From NCBI GenBank assembly GCA_963826715.1, contig CAWGYA010000005.1, forward strand, positions 32,001-96,000: 64,000 nucleotides of DNA. The letters run 5' to 3'. Made by a program: the position numbers and the translations under genes. Below the pieces are notes generated by a model. It made no database searches, had not been told where the DNA came from, and was given only the letters and a program-made list of their open reading frames with translations. Origin of the DNA: Candidatus Bathyarchaeota archaeon (GTDB lineage Archaea; Thermoproteota; Bathyarchaeia; Bathyarchaeales; Bathycorpusculaceae). Below, in pieces: positions 1 to 9,935 of the stretch (positions are counted from its first letter, which is position 1; each line of letters begins with the position of its first letter).

Positions 1-1
1 T

Positions 2-325
2 ATAGGGTTAGTTTTTATTAGGCGAACTTTTGGTATGGCAATTGATTGGGGTTCCTCCGCGAGAATTCTTCTCTCATCCGCTGTTGCTGGAGTTTTAACT
101 TATCTTCTGGTTACAGAGTTGGCATTTGCCAGTTGGATTCGTCTATTGATTGGTGCAGTTGTTTTCATCATAATTGTAATTCCCTCTTTGTTGCTATCCC
201 GATCCGTTACACGCTCTGACCTTGCTAACCTAAAGCTTATGGTGGATGGGATAGGTACGCTTGGCGGAATAATTAATCGAATCCTGAACCTATTCGAAAA
301 GATAATGGATTTTTTGCGGCTTTAG
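2..325 (+). CDS. C-terminal part of a polysaccharide flippase-like membrane protein (5' end outside window)
   Basis: Frame is open from base 2 (IGLVFIRRTFGMAIDW...); hydrophobic helices end in the 'D..(L)K.M' tail typical of archaeal flippase C-termini. Confidence 0.6.
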   Translation: MGLVFIRRTFGMAIDWGSSARILLSSAVAGVLTYLLVTELAFASWIRLLIGAVVFIIIVIPSLLLSRSVTRSDLANLKLMVDGIGTLGGIINRILNLFEKIMDFLRL

Positions 326-407
326 GAAATAATTAATTTTTACAAAATTTTCCCCGTTGAAGTTGAGGCAACCTACTGACTGACTTGCCTTAGTTTTGTG
401 CTCAGGA

Positions 408-974
408 TTAAGGCTTAACCATTTTGGCGACTTCTTTTGTCCACTGGCGAATCGCCTCTAAATCTCTTAAATCATAAACCCCTGTTTTTGACTCTTTGTA
501 GCCTGCTCCTTCAAGCTTCGGCTTAATGGATGAGAGAGTTTTTTTGAAAAACCATGACATTTTATTGAAGTCGTAGCATCCTCCAAAGAAACCCAGAGCA
601 ACTGGTTTGACGTTGAATTCTACGGATTTTTCTTCAAGATACTTCTGCTTAGCATTATCTATTTCCTTAGTTTTTTGTTCGCCCTCCGAGAGGGGATTTG
701 CACCACCGCAAGAAACAAACAGGGCTAATGTCTTGGTGGATAATTCCTTTTGGAATTTTTTGAGGAAGTCTTGAGGTTCGCTTGTCCATTTTCCCATTTG
801 GATTCCGCTACCGACAAGGATGAGCTCAAATTCGTTTATGCTTTGAACTTTCTCTTTTTTAGAATCGACAATTTTGACTTCGTACTCCATTTGTCTTAGG
901 GTATCAGCGATGATTTCTGCTGAATTTGCTGTTGCTCCATAACGAGTTCCATAAACAATCAACGCCTTACTCAT
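408..974 (-). CDS. Flavodoxin-domain protein (HemG/Flavodoxin_5-like)
   Basis: ALIVYGTRYGAT FMN loop, LVGSGIQMGKW, FFGG, DLRDLEAIRQW. Confidence 0.88.
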   Translation of the reverse strand: MSKALIVYGTRYGATANSAEIIADTLRQMEYEVKIVDSKKEKVQSINEFELILVGSGIQMGKWTSEPQDFLKKFQKELSTKTLALFVSCGGANPLSEGEQKTKEIDNAKQKYLEEKSVEFNVKPVALGFFGGCYDFNKMSWFFKKTLSSIKPKLEGAGYKESKTGVYDLRDLEAIRQWTKEVAKMVKP

Positions 975-1007
975 TCTCTTTTCCCTCGTTCCCAGATTTG
1001 TTTTTGG

Positions 1008-1478
1008 CTATGTCTTTTTCAGCGAAAAATCTGGTCTTGGCTTATCCATTTCTTTTTCGAGTGCATCCGAGTTAGCTCTGTAGTCGCTCCAAATTCGGTT
1101 GGTGCAGTTTAGGCAGAACCGTTTACCGACTTTTAACCCGTCTTCGAGTAATTGTTTGTAAAATTCCTCAAACCCTCGATCGGGTGACATAACGCGTGTG
1201 AATAGTTTCCATTCGGAATCGGTACTCTCTCCGCTAAATAGTGTGAGTTGACCGCATTTTGCGCATAAAAAGTCCATCTCAGGTAAATCATCGCATACAG
1301 TTAGGCAGTGGACGCAGACATTTTTGATAGCTTGGGTTGATTCCACCGCTTGTCCTCTCTCAAAAGATACGACATGGAATTCAAGGTCATGGCGGAGTTT
1401 GCTCATTTTACACCAGGGGCAATTTTTGTCAACTGCGTAGTCATCAGTTATTCTTCCGCTGTCAAAGGCTATCTGCAT
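1008..1478 (-). CDS. Hypothetical Zn-binding protein with four CxxC pairs
   Basis: CPWC, CVHC, CAKC, CLNC in a 156-aa ORF. Confidence 0.6.
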   Translation of the reverse strand: MQIAFDSGRITDDYAVDKNCPWCKMSKLRHDLEFHVVSFERGQAVESTQAIKNVCVHCLTVCDDLPEMDFLCAKCGQLTLFSGESTDSEWKLFTRVMSPDRGFEEFYKQLLEDGLKVGKRFCLNCTNRIWSDYRANSDALEKEMDKPRPDFSLKKT

Positions 1479-1523
1479 ACCTTTTAGTTACTTATCGTTT
1501 GCTTTTATGATTTTTGTTACGAT

Positions 1524-1670
1524 TTAGCTACTAGTGGGATATTTCACGCGAGCAACTTTGAATACATGAGTGCAGGTATTGCAAGTGTAGTATTTCAGTG
1601 AGAAGTAGTCGTTCTCAATTTGTTTTTTTAGTTTTATTGATTCTTTTCTACATTTAGGGCATTTAGTCAT
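1524..1670 (-). CDS. 48-aa zinc-ribbon protein (not in ORF track)
   Basis: Hand translation MTKCPKCRKESIKLKKQIENDYFSLKYYTCNTCTHVFKVARVKYPTSS*; paralog at 57161. Confidence 0.7.
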   Translation of the reverse strand: MTKCPKCRKESIKLKKQIENDYFSLKYYTCNTCTHVFKVARVKYPTSS

Positions 1671-1855
1671 CCTGGGACCCTTCAAAGAGATTTTCAAATG
1701 TTTTTTATAAAAGAGTTTGTGTCCAAAATGTTGATTTCATACATGAAAATATATTTTTAAAGACTGAAGCTTAGAGCAGATATCATTCTAACTCAAGTAA
1801 AAGTTAATTCATTGTAAATTTAACGAAATAAGCCGCTTTGATTTTTATTGATTAA

Positions 1856-2092
1856 TCAATGAATTATGAATGAGTCATCGAGTTTTTCTATCTTTAAGTT
1901 ATATTTTTTGACTATTGGCTCAATAATTTGTAGGTGCTTTTCTTCTAAGTTGTGTTTTATTTTTATTACATGGTCGTCGGGCGTCTTGGATAGTTTTGGG
2001 TCTGGACCAATGATTATGCTGTTTGCTGGCAGAGGTTTGTCGAATGCAACTATTATTTCATGTGTTGTGAAGAGAGCTACTTTCTTCTCCAT
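1856..2092 (-). CDS. Hypothetical protein
   Basis: 78-aa ATG ORF with protein-like composition. Confidence 0.55.
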   Translation of the reverse strand: MEKKVALFTTHEIIVAFDKPLPANSIIIGPDPKLSKTPDDHVIKIKHNLEEKHLQIIEPIVKKYNLKIEKLDDSFIIH

Positions 2093-2186
2093 AGGTTCTC
2101 AAGTCTATGCTTCTTTTTTGTATGCTCTAAACTTGATGGTTTACTTTTTTATAATGGTGTGTAAAAAAGAATGTAACAGTGAGTAA

Positions 2187-4085
2187 CTAAAGTTGAAGTA
2201 AATTCATGGCCTTTTGAGTCAACTGCACCACCTTGCGATTCCCCATTTTGGTTTCAGTCAAATATTCTTTAGACTTTAGTATTGCCAATTTCCTTCCCAA
2301 GGTTGGTCTACTAAATCCAAAGGCATTTTGTATATCAAAATGGTTGGGGCTAACTCCTACCTTGTTTTTAGAACGGACGAATCTAAGTATTTCAAGCAGT
2401 TCTTCAGAAATTCGAGGCAATTTGGGTTCAAGCGGTTTTGTCTCCTTTTCAATAAGCCCAAGTTCTTTCGTACTAAAGGTGCCGGAATTAAACGGTAATA
2501 GAACTATGTTGCCAGAGTATACCGCATATTCTCTCATCCACTGAATCATAGATACAATTACTTGAGTTCCAAGTTTGGAGCATAAATAGTCTAATCCGTC
2601 AAATAGGAAAACTGTGTTTTTGTTCTTTGCAGCCATAACGTTTTTTAATTCTTCTATAACGGGTTTGAGGGTTCTTTTGCCCTGTTCCGCCAACCAATAA
2701 TAACTCGAATAATCTCCAATCAATCTCTTAAAATCAACTTCACACATTCTAGAAATCACCACAGCATCAAAACCTATCTTTTGAAGGTCTTTGAAAGCTT
2801 CCAAAGTAATCAAAGCTGAACCCTCACGGACTGTGTATACATTGCCGTCTTCAAGCTTAAACTTCAGTGTTTGTAGTCTCAAAGCAAGATCTCTCTCCTT
2901 TTGCTCAGTTATGTCCGCGGCAAATCCAATAACCCCAATTATGTTGCCCTCTGAGTCGCGGTAGGGTATCTTGTCGGTCTTAAGCCAAAGAAAATTATCT
3001 TTAATCTTTACTTGTTCTATAATTCCAAGTTTGGGTTTGCCAGAAGCCATAACTTGCTTATCGTCTTTCCAATAGCCCTCTGCTTGCTCTTTTGGAAAAA
3101 ACTCAAATGATGAATGTCCTTCTATTTGCTCTTTGCTTAATTGCATCGCTTCAGCGAAAGCTTTGTTCACGCGAACAGCACGGTTTTCTTTGTCCTTATA
3201 AAAAATCCAGGTGGGAGATGCGTCAAGAATTGTTTGTAACTCGTCATGTTCTCTTTTTAATGCTTCTTCCGCTTTTTTACGGTCTGTGATATTGGTGTGC
3301 AAGGCAAGATTGGCGATATGTTGACCATTTTCATCAAAAATTGGTGATACTTTACCGATTGTCCATACTATTGTTCCATTTTTGTGTCGAAATTGGTATT
3401 CACTTCGAATTTTATTGTTATTATCAAGTTGTTTGCGCGTTTGAACTATTATTTGTTCTTGATCTTTCATTAAGAATTCAGTTCCGACTTTGTCAATGAA
3501 GTAGTCAGGACTGTAGCCTATCATATTAGCCATTTTAGGGTTAACAAAAAGTGTTACGCCATCAGGTTTAGCCATCCAGATGCCTTCTTCGGCTATTTCT
3601 ATTATCTGACGATATTTTTCTACACAATGTCTGAGATCTTCTTCAGCTTTTTTGTGTTCAGATATGTCTCTTATGATTGCTAGTAGGCCTGTTTGTTTTC
3701 CAGAAGTATCTTTTATAATCTTAATAGTTGATTCAACATCAATACTCTCACCATTATGTTTGATGTGAATGTTTTCGCCCTGCCAAACTTCTTTTTGTGC
3801 CAGTGCATTAATTGCGTTATGTTCATCCTCTTTACTAACATAAAATAGTTTGTAGAGGTCTGTTAGTTTGGCGCCTAATGCTTCTTTTGGAGTTACCATA
3901 TATTGTTTCTGAGCAAATTCGTTTAGGTAAGTTACCTTTAGTTCGTTGTCAACTATAATTACTGCGTCTCTGAGGGTTGATAGAATAGTTGACAAGTATT
4001 GCTGGGACCTCATGTCAACTTCTGAGATTTGTGGCTTATTTACTGGTGTATCCTGTTCGGAGTCCTCGCGGGAAGTTTTAGACAC
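2187..4085 (-). CDS. PAS x3 + DUF835-like (KaiC-like) domain + C-terminal winged HTH; one-component regulator
   Basis: PAS ends (IIRDISE, HTNITDRK, AADITEQK), VFLFDGLDYL DUF835-like motif, FGFSRPTLGRKLAIL...GNRKVVQLT wHTH. Confidence 0.8.
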   Translation of the reverse strand: MSKTSREDSEQDTPVNKPQISEVDMRSQQYLSTILSTLRDAVIIVDNELKVTYLNEFAQKQYMVTPKEALGAKLTDLYKLFYVSKEDEHNAINALAQKEVWQGENIHIKHNGESIDVESTIKIIKDTSGKQTGLLAIIRDISEHKKAEEDLRHCVEKYRQIIEIAEEGIWMAKPDGVTLFVNPKMANMIGYSPDYFIDKVGTEFLMKDQEQIIVQTRKQLDNNNKIRSEYQFRHKNGTIVWTIGKVSPIFDENGQHIANLALHTNITDRKKAEEALKREHDELQTILDASPTWIFYKDKENRAVRVNKAFAEAMQLSKEQIEGHSSFEFFPKEQAEGYWKDDKQVMASGKPKLGIIEQVKIKDNFLWLKTDKIPYRDSEGNIIGVIGFAADITEQKERDLALRLQTLKFKLEDGNVYTVREGSALITLEAFKDLQKIGFDAVVISRMCEVDFKRLIGDYSSYYWLAEQGKRTLKPVIEELKNVMAAKNKNTVFLFDGLDYLCSKLGTQVIVSMIQWMREYAVYSGNIVLLPFNSGTFSTKELGLIEKETKPLEPKLPRISEELLEILRFVRSKNKVGVSPNHFDIQNAFGFSRPTLGRKLAILKSKEYLTETKMGNRKVVQLTQKAMNLLQL

Positions 4086-4349
4086 ATTTTGTCCCTTTAG
4101 AATTAATTAAAGGGCTGAGAATATATGATTTTTCAAACACAAATCAACAATTTGACTACTTTCTAATATTTGCCAACTCTGCATTGCCAGAAAAATGGAG
4201 TGGCAGTGCCCATTGTTAGTTTGTTAAATTTCAATCATGTCACCAATTTTTTCGCCACTTTCAAGATTTGCCCAAAATAGGAAAATAAGAGTAATCACTC
4301 AAAAAATATTAATCTAAAAAAAGTTTTGAGCTGGGAAGAAATTTTTTGT

Positions 4350-4655
4350 TTATCTTGCCCAACAGGGTCCATAGCCGTACCCATACGCGTAGCCGTAGCC
4401 GTTTTGGTATGGTGCAGGAGCTTGACCATCAGAGACTGCTGGCGGAACAACGTACTGCCCCTGGTTTGGTTCAGCTGTACGGTATCCAAAGCAGTTGCCT
4501 ATCCAGCCCCAAAACCCTTCAGCAGGGACCGTGTTGGGGTCTGCGCCGGGAACTATTTGGGTTTGGTTTTGAGCTATTTGGGCTGCTGCCAGTCCGACTG
4601 CGGCCAGAGCAAGCGCCGTGACTGCGACGAGTGCAATTATTACTTTTGTGTTCAT
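4350..4655 (-). CDS. Small secreted Gly/Tyr-rich protein
   Basis: Signal peptide, GFWGWIGNCFG, GYGYAYGYGYGPCW; GGTGA SD upstream. Confidence 0.7.
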   Translation of the reverse strand: MNTKVIIALVAVTALALAAVGLAAAQIAQNQTQIVPGADPNTVPAEGFWGWIGNCFGYRTAEPNQGQYVVPPAVSDGQAPAPYQNGYGYAYGYGYGPCWAR

Positions 4656-4707
4656 TTTGTTTTATCACCATATACTAATATGGTCATGGGCTGGTATAGA
4701 AGTTGGC

Positions 4708-4736
4708 TGAAACAAAACTGAAACAGACATGAAACA
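4708..4736. promoter_or_regulatory. Three TGAAACA direct repeats at 11-bp period
   Basis: Copies at 4708, 4719 and 4730 in a divergent intergenic region. Confidence 0.5.
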
Positions 4737-4821
4737 CTTTTTTATTGTTGCATAAGGCTAAAAAAACGATGTGGCTTGAAGTTTGGGAAAAATCTTTTCT
4801 TGCATTGAACTATAAACCGAC

Positions 4822-7800
4822 GTGTATTTTGTATTCATAATGAATAATAAGCATGTATTAAATCTTAAGAGTAATTTACGTCGGAGACAGAAACATTTGC
4901 CTAATGCAACAGTTTCAGGTTTGAGTGATCTAAGAGAAACTCAAACAATTAGAGTTCTGCATGTAGACGACGATTCCTCAATTCGAGAAATAACAAAACT
5001 AATGCTTTTGGATTTAGATTCTATTTTTGATGTTGATGGTGCCTCTTGTGTTGATGATGGGCTTAGAAAATTAATTAGCCAAAATTATGATGTTGTGGTT
5101 TGCGATTATGAGATGCCCCAAAAAGATGGATTACAATTCTTAAAAGAATTTCATCAACAAAAACATGAAATTCCATTTATATTATTTACAGGTAAGGGCA
5201 GAGAAGAAGTTGCTATAAAAGCATTAAACCTTGGCGCAGATGGTTATATCAACAAGCAGGGTAACCCTGAAACCGTTTATGGTGAACTATCGCATAGCAT
5301 AAAGTTAGTTGTTGAACGTAATAAAGCAAAAAAAGCCCTCCAAGAACAAAACACTCGGTTCACTAAACTCGCGGCTAATACTCCGGGAATGCTTTTTCAG
5401 TTTTTAAAACATCCAGATGGTACATATTGTGTGCCTTTTTCGTCTGATGGAATTAGTGATATTTTTGGGTGCTCCTTAAAAGAAGTGAGAACTGATTTTT
5501 CGCCTATTGTCAGGGCAATATTTCCTGAAGACCTATTGAAAGTTATTAAATCAATTGAAGAGTCAGCTAACAATTTATGGCTTTGGCAATGTGAGTATCG
5601 AGTGCAACTGCCTGGTCAAGAAATACGTTGGCTTTGGGGACAGTCAACTCCAGAGAAATTAGAAGATGGTAGCATACTGTGGAGTGGCTATAACACAGAC
5701 GTAACCGAGCGGAAGATGGCTGAAGAAAAGTTTAGGGAAACTTATGCTGTTCTTGAAAAAGTTGGGGAAGGTGTTGATGCTGGATTAGCTGTTATAGATA
5801 AGGATTACCGGGTTATTTGGGCTAATAAACGCCTAAAAGATTTGGGAGTGGCGTCAAATAAGAAATGTTACCAAACCTTCAACAACTTGGAAACAGTTTG
5901 TCCAGATTGTGGAGTAAAAAAGGTCTTTGAACAAGACCTCAGTTTGGATGTTCATGAGTTTGAAGCTGTAAACTCAAAAGGCGAAAAAACGTGGATTGAG
6001 CTAAGAGTAACGCCTCTTAAAGATAAGGAAGGAAATGTAATTGCAGCTCTGGAATTGGCTGTGCCGATAAATGAACGCAAAAAAGCAATAAGAATTGCTC
6101 AAGAAGAACTTGCTTTAAGAAATGCTCTTCTGGATAATATTCCTTGTATTGCATTAATTCTTGACAAAAAAACTCGTAAAATTGTTGCTTCAAACAAAAT
6201 TGCCAAAGAGATGGGTGCGGTTCCAGGTAAAACTTGTTACGAGACCTGTGCTAATGACAGTTTTCCCTGCTCTTTTTGTTTGGCTCCAAAACTTTGGAAA
6301 ACTGGAGAAAAACAGGTTTTAGAAGAAGTAGAACATAACGGCAAATACTACAAGGGCTTATGGTTACCATACAATGAAACTTTGTATGTTCACTACATAT
6401 TTGACATAACAGAAACCAAAAAAGCTGAAGAGAAACTAAAAGCTTCGAAGGCGAAACTTAAGAGCATTATTGAGAACTCAACTGATCAAGTTTTCATGAT
6501 CGATAAAAATCTTAGGTACTTATTGGTTAATCCAACTTTAGCTAAACTTTTAGGAATGCCTCCCGAGGAGATAATTGGTAAATCAATCAGTGAAGTTTAT
6601 CCTCCAGAGACGGCGATCAGCTTTTCAAATAATATTAAACGAGTGTTTGAAACAGCCGAAAACTTGTTTATTGATGAAAAAATGTCAGTTCAAGGTCATG
6701 AATTATTTATCAGCACTAGTTTGAATCCGGTAAAAGACGAAACAGGAGTTGTTATCGCAGTTTCTGGAGTTGTTAGAGATATTTCTGGTCACAAGAAAAC
6801 CGAAGCTGAACTTGGAAAAAGTATTGCTAAGTTCAAGGAATTTGCTAATCAATTGCCCGAGATGGTTCTTGAAATTGACACTACAGGCAACATTGTTTTT
6901 GCTAATTTAAGATCCTTTGAAATTACGGGGTATTCCAAAGAAGATTTTGAAGAAGGTTTTGATGTTTTGCGTCTTGTTGCTCTCGAGGACCGTGAACGGG
7001 CTAAAGAAAACGTGAAAAAGAGATTCGATAAGAAAGGTGTTCATAATGATGAGTATTTGTATATTAGAAAAGATGGTTCACGTTTTCCAGTTTCGCTTTC
7101 TTCTTCTCCGATCTTTGAAGGTGACAAAATTGTGGGTGCTCGAGCGATCATAATCGATATAAGTGAACAGAAAAAAGAGGAAACCCAACTAAAAGAAGAT
7201 AACCGTCAATTTCAGTTAACAAATGAAAAATTACGTGTGTTGGGTAGTTTAACTCGGCATGATATTGGCAATAAGTTGATGGGTGCAAAATTGAATGTGT
7301 ATTTGTTAAAGAAGCGTCTGGGTGCTAATGCAGAGTTAGATAGCTATTTTGATGGCGTTGAGTCTGCATTTGGAGTGGTGGATAAGATTTTTGATTTTAA
7401 TCGTTTGTATGGGCAGATTGGTTTTGAAAAGCCTTCAAAAGAGAATGTTTTTGAGTGCTTTAGCCAGGCGGTGGCTCTGGTTCAAAACTTGGGTTCGGTT
7501 AGAGTTTTTAATGAATGCCAAGGATTGGAGCTTATTGCGGATTCGTTATTAAAACAGCTTTTCTATAATTTTATTGACAATTCGATGAAGCATGGAGAAA
7601 AAGTCACGCAGATTCGTCTGTACTGCACTAAAGATGTTGATAGTTGTAAAATTATTTATGAGGATGATGGTGTTGGCATACCTGAGGCAAATAAGCGTCG
7701 GCTTTTTGAGGTTGGTTTCACCACTGGGAACGGAAGTGGACTTGGTTTAGCTCTGATAAAACGAATTATTGATGTTTATGGTTGGAATATTGTTGAAGCG

Positions 7801-7863
7801 GGCGAACCTGGTAAAGGAGTAAAATTTGTTATATCGATTCCTTTACCTTTAGTTAAAGACTGA
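4822..7863 (+). CDS. Hybrid sensor histidine kinase REC-PAS(x5)-HisKA-HATPase (true start probably TTG at about 4897)
   Basis: RVLHVDDD, CDYEMP, FTGKG; LTRHDIGNKL H-box; NFIDNS, YEDDGVG, GSGLGL. Confidence 0.92.
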   Translation: MYFVFIMNNKHVLNLKSNLRRRQKHLPNATVSGLSDLRETQTIRVLHVDDDSSIREITKLMLLDLDSIFDVDGASCVDDGLRKLISQNYDVVVCDYEMPQKDGLQFLKEFHQQKHEIPFILFTGKGREEVAIKALNLGADGYINKQGNPETVYGELSHSIKLVVERNKAKKALQEQNTRFTKLAANTPGMLFQFLKHPDGTYCVPFSSDGISDIFGCSLKEVRTDFSPIVRAIFPEDLLKVIKSIEESANNLWLWQCEYRVQLPGQEIRWLWGQSTPEKLEDGSILWSGYNTDVTERKMAEEKFRETYAVLEKVGEGVDAGLAVIDKDYRVIWANKRLKDLGVASNKKCYQTFNNLETVCPDCGVKKVFEQDLSLDVHEFEAVNSKGEKTWIELRVTPLKDKEGNVIAALELAVPINERKKAIRIAQEELALRNALLDNIPCIALILDKKTRKIVASNKIAKEMGAVPGKTCYETCANDSFPCSFCLAPKLWKTGEKQVLEEVEHNGKYYKGLWLPYNETLYVHYIFDITETKKAEEKLKASKAKLKSIIENSTDQVFMIDKNLRYLLVNPTLAKLLGMPPEEIIGKSISEVYPPETAISFSNNIKRVFETAENLFIDEKMSVQGHELFISTSLNPVKDETGVVIAVSGVVRDISGHKKTEAELGKSIAKFKEFANQLPEMVLEIDTTGNIVFANLRSFEITGYSKEDFEEGFDVLRLVALEDRERAKENVKKRFDKKGVHNDEYLYIRKDGSRFPVSLSSSPIFEGDKIVGARAIIIDISEQKKEETQLKEDNRQFQLTNEKLRVLGSLTRHDIGNKLMGAKLNVYLLKKRLGANAELDSYFDGVESAFGVVDKIFDFNRLYGQIGFEKPSKENVFECFSQAVALVQNLGSVRVFNECQGLELIADSLLKQLFYNFIDNSMKHGEKVTQIRLYCTKDVDSCKIIYEDDGVGIPEANKRRLFEVGFTTGNGSGLGLALIKRIIDVYGWNIVEAGEPGKGVKFVISIPLPLVKD

Positions 7864-8125
7864 CAAGGGCAGAAACCCCCTATTTATTTACCCTTGTGCT
7901 TGCAAATCAGTAATTTATAATGGCCCTATTCTGCCAAATACTGAAATTATAGGTTTCTAAAACTCCCGGATATATCTATCTTTTTTGAAGACACTTTTTG
8001 AGAAACTGGTAACTCTAAAAGTCACGCAAATTTTACTTTTGCCCAAAAATCTGTTTTGAAGAATATTTGGCTCTTAAAAATAAACAAAAAATTAAACAAA
8101 AAAAGATGTTGGGGAGATAATAGAG

Positions 8126-8548
8126 CTATCCAATGATTATTTTTTGAACATCGCTTCTTACTTGTTTGATGTGATCTCCATCGGCTTGTGCATAAATTTT
8201 GGCTGTGTTGTCCCAGAAATGTGGCGCGATGACTTTCGTTGAGAGATTGAATGAACCGTTTTCATCAGTATATCCGACAATCCAAGCTGAATCCAGCATG
8301 AATGATCGATCATGCTCAAATATTCTGATTTTAATATTGGGTATTCCGACATCGCCTTGGCTTAGTTTTCCTTTGAAAGACACTATTTCTCCTTTAGATA
8401 CATTGTCGGGGAGTTTATAGAGCTCAAGCATTGGTTCAGCCATAGACATTGGGGGTGGCGGAGTTGTTATAATCATTGGTTCAGCTGGAGCTGGGGGCAT
8501 CTGGACTTGAACTGGGGTTATTGCTGGGGCGGGAGCTTCTTGCATCAT
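8126..8548 (-). CDS. Pro-rich linker + Ig/transthyretin-like domain; probably the 3' half of a frameshifted YegP fusion
   Basis: PAPAEP repeats then VSFKGKL...GYTDENGSF; overlaps upstream ORF out of frame. Confidence 0.55.
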   Translation of the reverse strand: MMQEAPAPAITPVQVQMPPAPAEPMIITTPPPPMSMAEPMLELYKLPDNVSKGEIVSFKGKLSQGDVGIPNIKIRIFEHDRSFMLDSAWIVGYTDENGSFNLSTKVIAPHFWDNTAKIYAQADGDHIKQVRSDVQKIIIG

Positions 8549-8945
8549 AGGTTCGGGGGCTAGCCATTTTTTCGGTGACTGTTAGATCTTCAATTTCTGC
8601 TCCACAGCTTGCTTGCATTGATTTAATGCCGTTTAGAACTGATTCTTTGGTTTCATATGCTTCACTTGCGCCTATGATTTGTCCGTTTGAAGCAGTTAAA
8701 CGGAACCTAAACTCAGTTGCGATGTCTTTGAAAACTTGATATTTTGGAAAATTGATCCTTGGTCCTTCTACGGTTAGATCCTCAATCCCGACCGTGCAGT
8801 TGTTTTGTATGCTTTGGACTCCGTTCAAAGCGCTAACATGTTGTTCGTAGGCTTCGCTTACGACTACTATTTTGTCCATATCTGTTTTTAGGCGGAATCT
8901 GTATTTTCCAGCCACATCTTTGTATACTTGGTATTTTGCTGCCAT
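8481..8945 (-). CDS. YegP/DUF1508 tandem-repeat protein
   Basis: Two repeats of YQV.KD..G..RFRL...G.I...SEAYE......NG..S. Confidence 0.85.
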   Translation of the reverse strand: MAAKYQVYKDVAGKYRFRLKTDMDKIVVVSEAYEQHVSALNGVQSIQNNCTVGIEDLTVEGPRINFPKYQVFKDIATEFRFRLTASNGQIIGASEAYETKESVLNGIKSMQASCGAEIEDLTVTEKMASPRTYDARSSRPSNNPSSSPDAPSSS

Positions 8946-9096
8946 GACTCATCAACTGAAGTTCGAGGTTTCAGCAATAAAAGACTTTGTTGTTGGCACA
9001 TTGCAATCACAAATTGAGCATTCTTTAGGTGAATTATTTTTTGCTTTTTAGATTTTTTGAATAAATATGCGATTATTTACGTGGATTAATTGGTTG

Positions 9097-9330
9097 CTAG
9101 AGTATTTTTTGCTCTAAAACCTGCCACATTAACGAGAGCCTAATTCTTAGCGGTATAGTTCTTTGGAAGAAGTCCGATTTGTTGATGGTTTTATGTAATT
9201 CTACATGGGTTTCAATGACTTGATTCATTTTTGACAGCGACGGTGTAATAAGGAGTTCTTGTCCGCAGTCTGGGCATTTTATAAAGCCTTTGTTTTGAGG
9301 CTGGTGTGTTGAAACTGTTCGCTCATACAA
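9097..9330 (-). CDS. Small Cys2-His2-type Zn-binding protein
   Basis: IKCPDCG..LLITPSL..M...IE.HV..H; paralog at 57507; frame extends to ACG at 9366 behind AGGAG. Confidence 0.7.
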   Translation of the reverse strand: MYERTVSTHQPQNKGFIKCPDCGQELLITPSLSKMNQVIETHVELHKTINKSDFFQRTIPLRIRLSLMWQVLEQKIL

Positions 9331-9485
9331 TTGATTGATTTTGGTATCTTCTTTGGTGTTCGTCGTGAAAGCTGTCTCCTTTCCAGTTTATTGTATCTTA
9401 ACTGTTATATCGCGACTAAGTAAATTTTATGTGCTTATAAAAATTTTTAATATGTACGTATATACATGAACGCATCTAATTTCAC

Positions 9486-9734
9486 TTATTTGCTGGAAAC
9501 CGCAAAGTAGCTCGCAAGACGTTTAATTTCTTTCTCTAAATTATCTAATTTAGCTTCCACTTCTTCAAAACGGCTATCAAATGCTTTTCGGCTATCTATC
9601 TGTTCTGTCACATCAGATAGCTTACCAATCATCTTATCCAAATTTTGTTCATGTGCCTTTAAAACTTGAATTAAGAAGTCTAATGTAGCATCACGGGGAC
9701 CTGACGAATCTATGGGACCTGAGTTGTTGGACAT
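9486..9734 (-). CDS. Coiled-coil hypothetical protein
   Basis: MSNNSG start; LDFLIQVLKAHEQNLD followed by heptad repeats. Confidence 0.65.
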   Translation of the reverse strand: MSNNSGPIDSSGPRDATLDFLIQVLKAHEQNLDKMIGKLSDVTEQIDSRKAFDSRFEEVEAKLDNLEKEIKRLASYFAVSSK

Positions 9735-9935
9735 TTTACTCTTTTCCTTCACGATCCCACTATCAACCACGTTTTTAACCCATATTTCCGCCATGGGAAT
9801 ATATCCACAACCAAACGTCATTCTGAGTTTTGTGGTAACTATCAAAGCATTATGTTTACTTTCAGTTCAGACTCTACTATACGGCTAGGTCGTTTTGGCT
9901 TATGCCTTTTATGTAATAATAGAGCAGATTATGCT

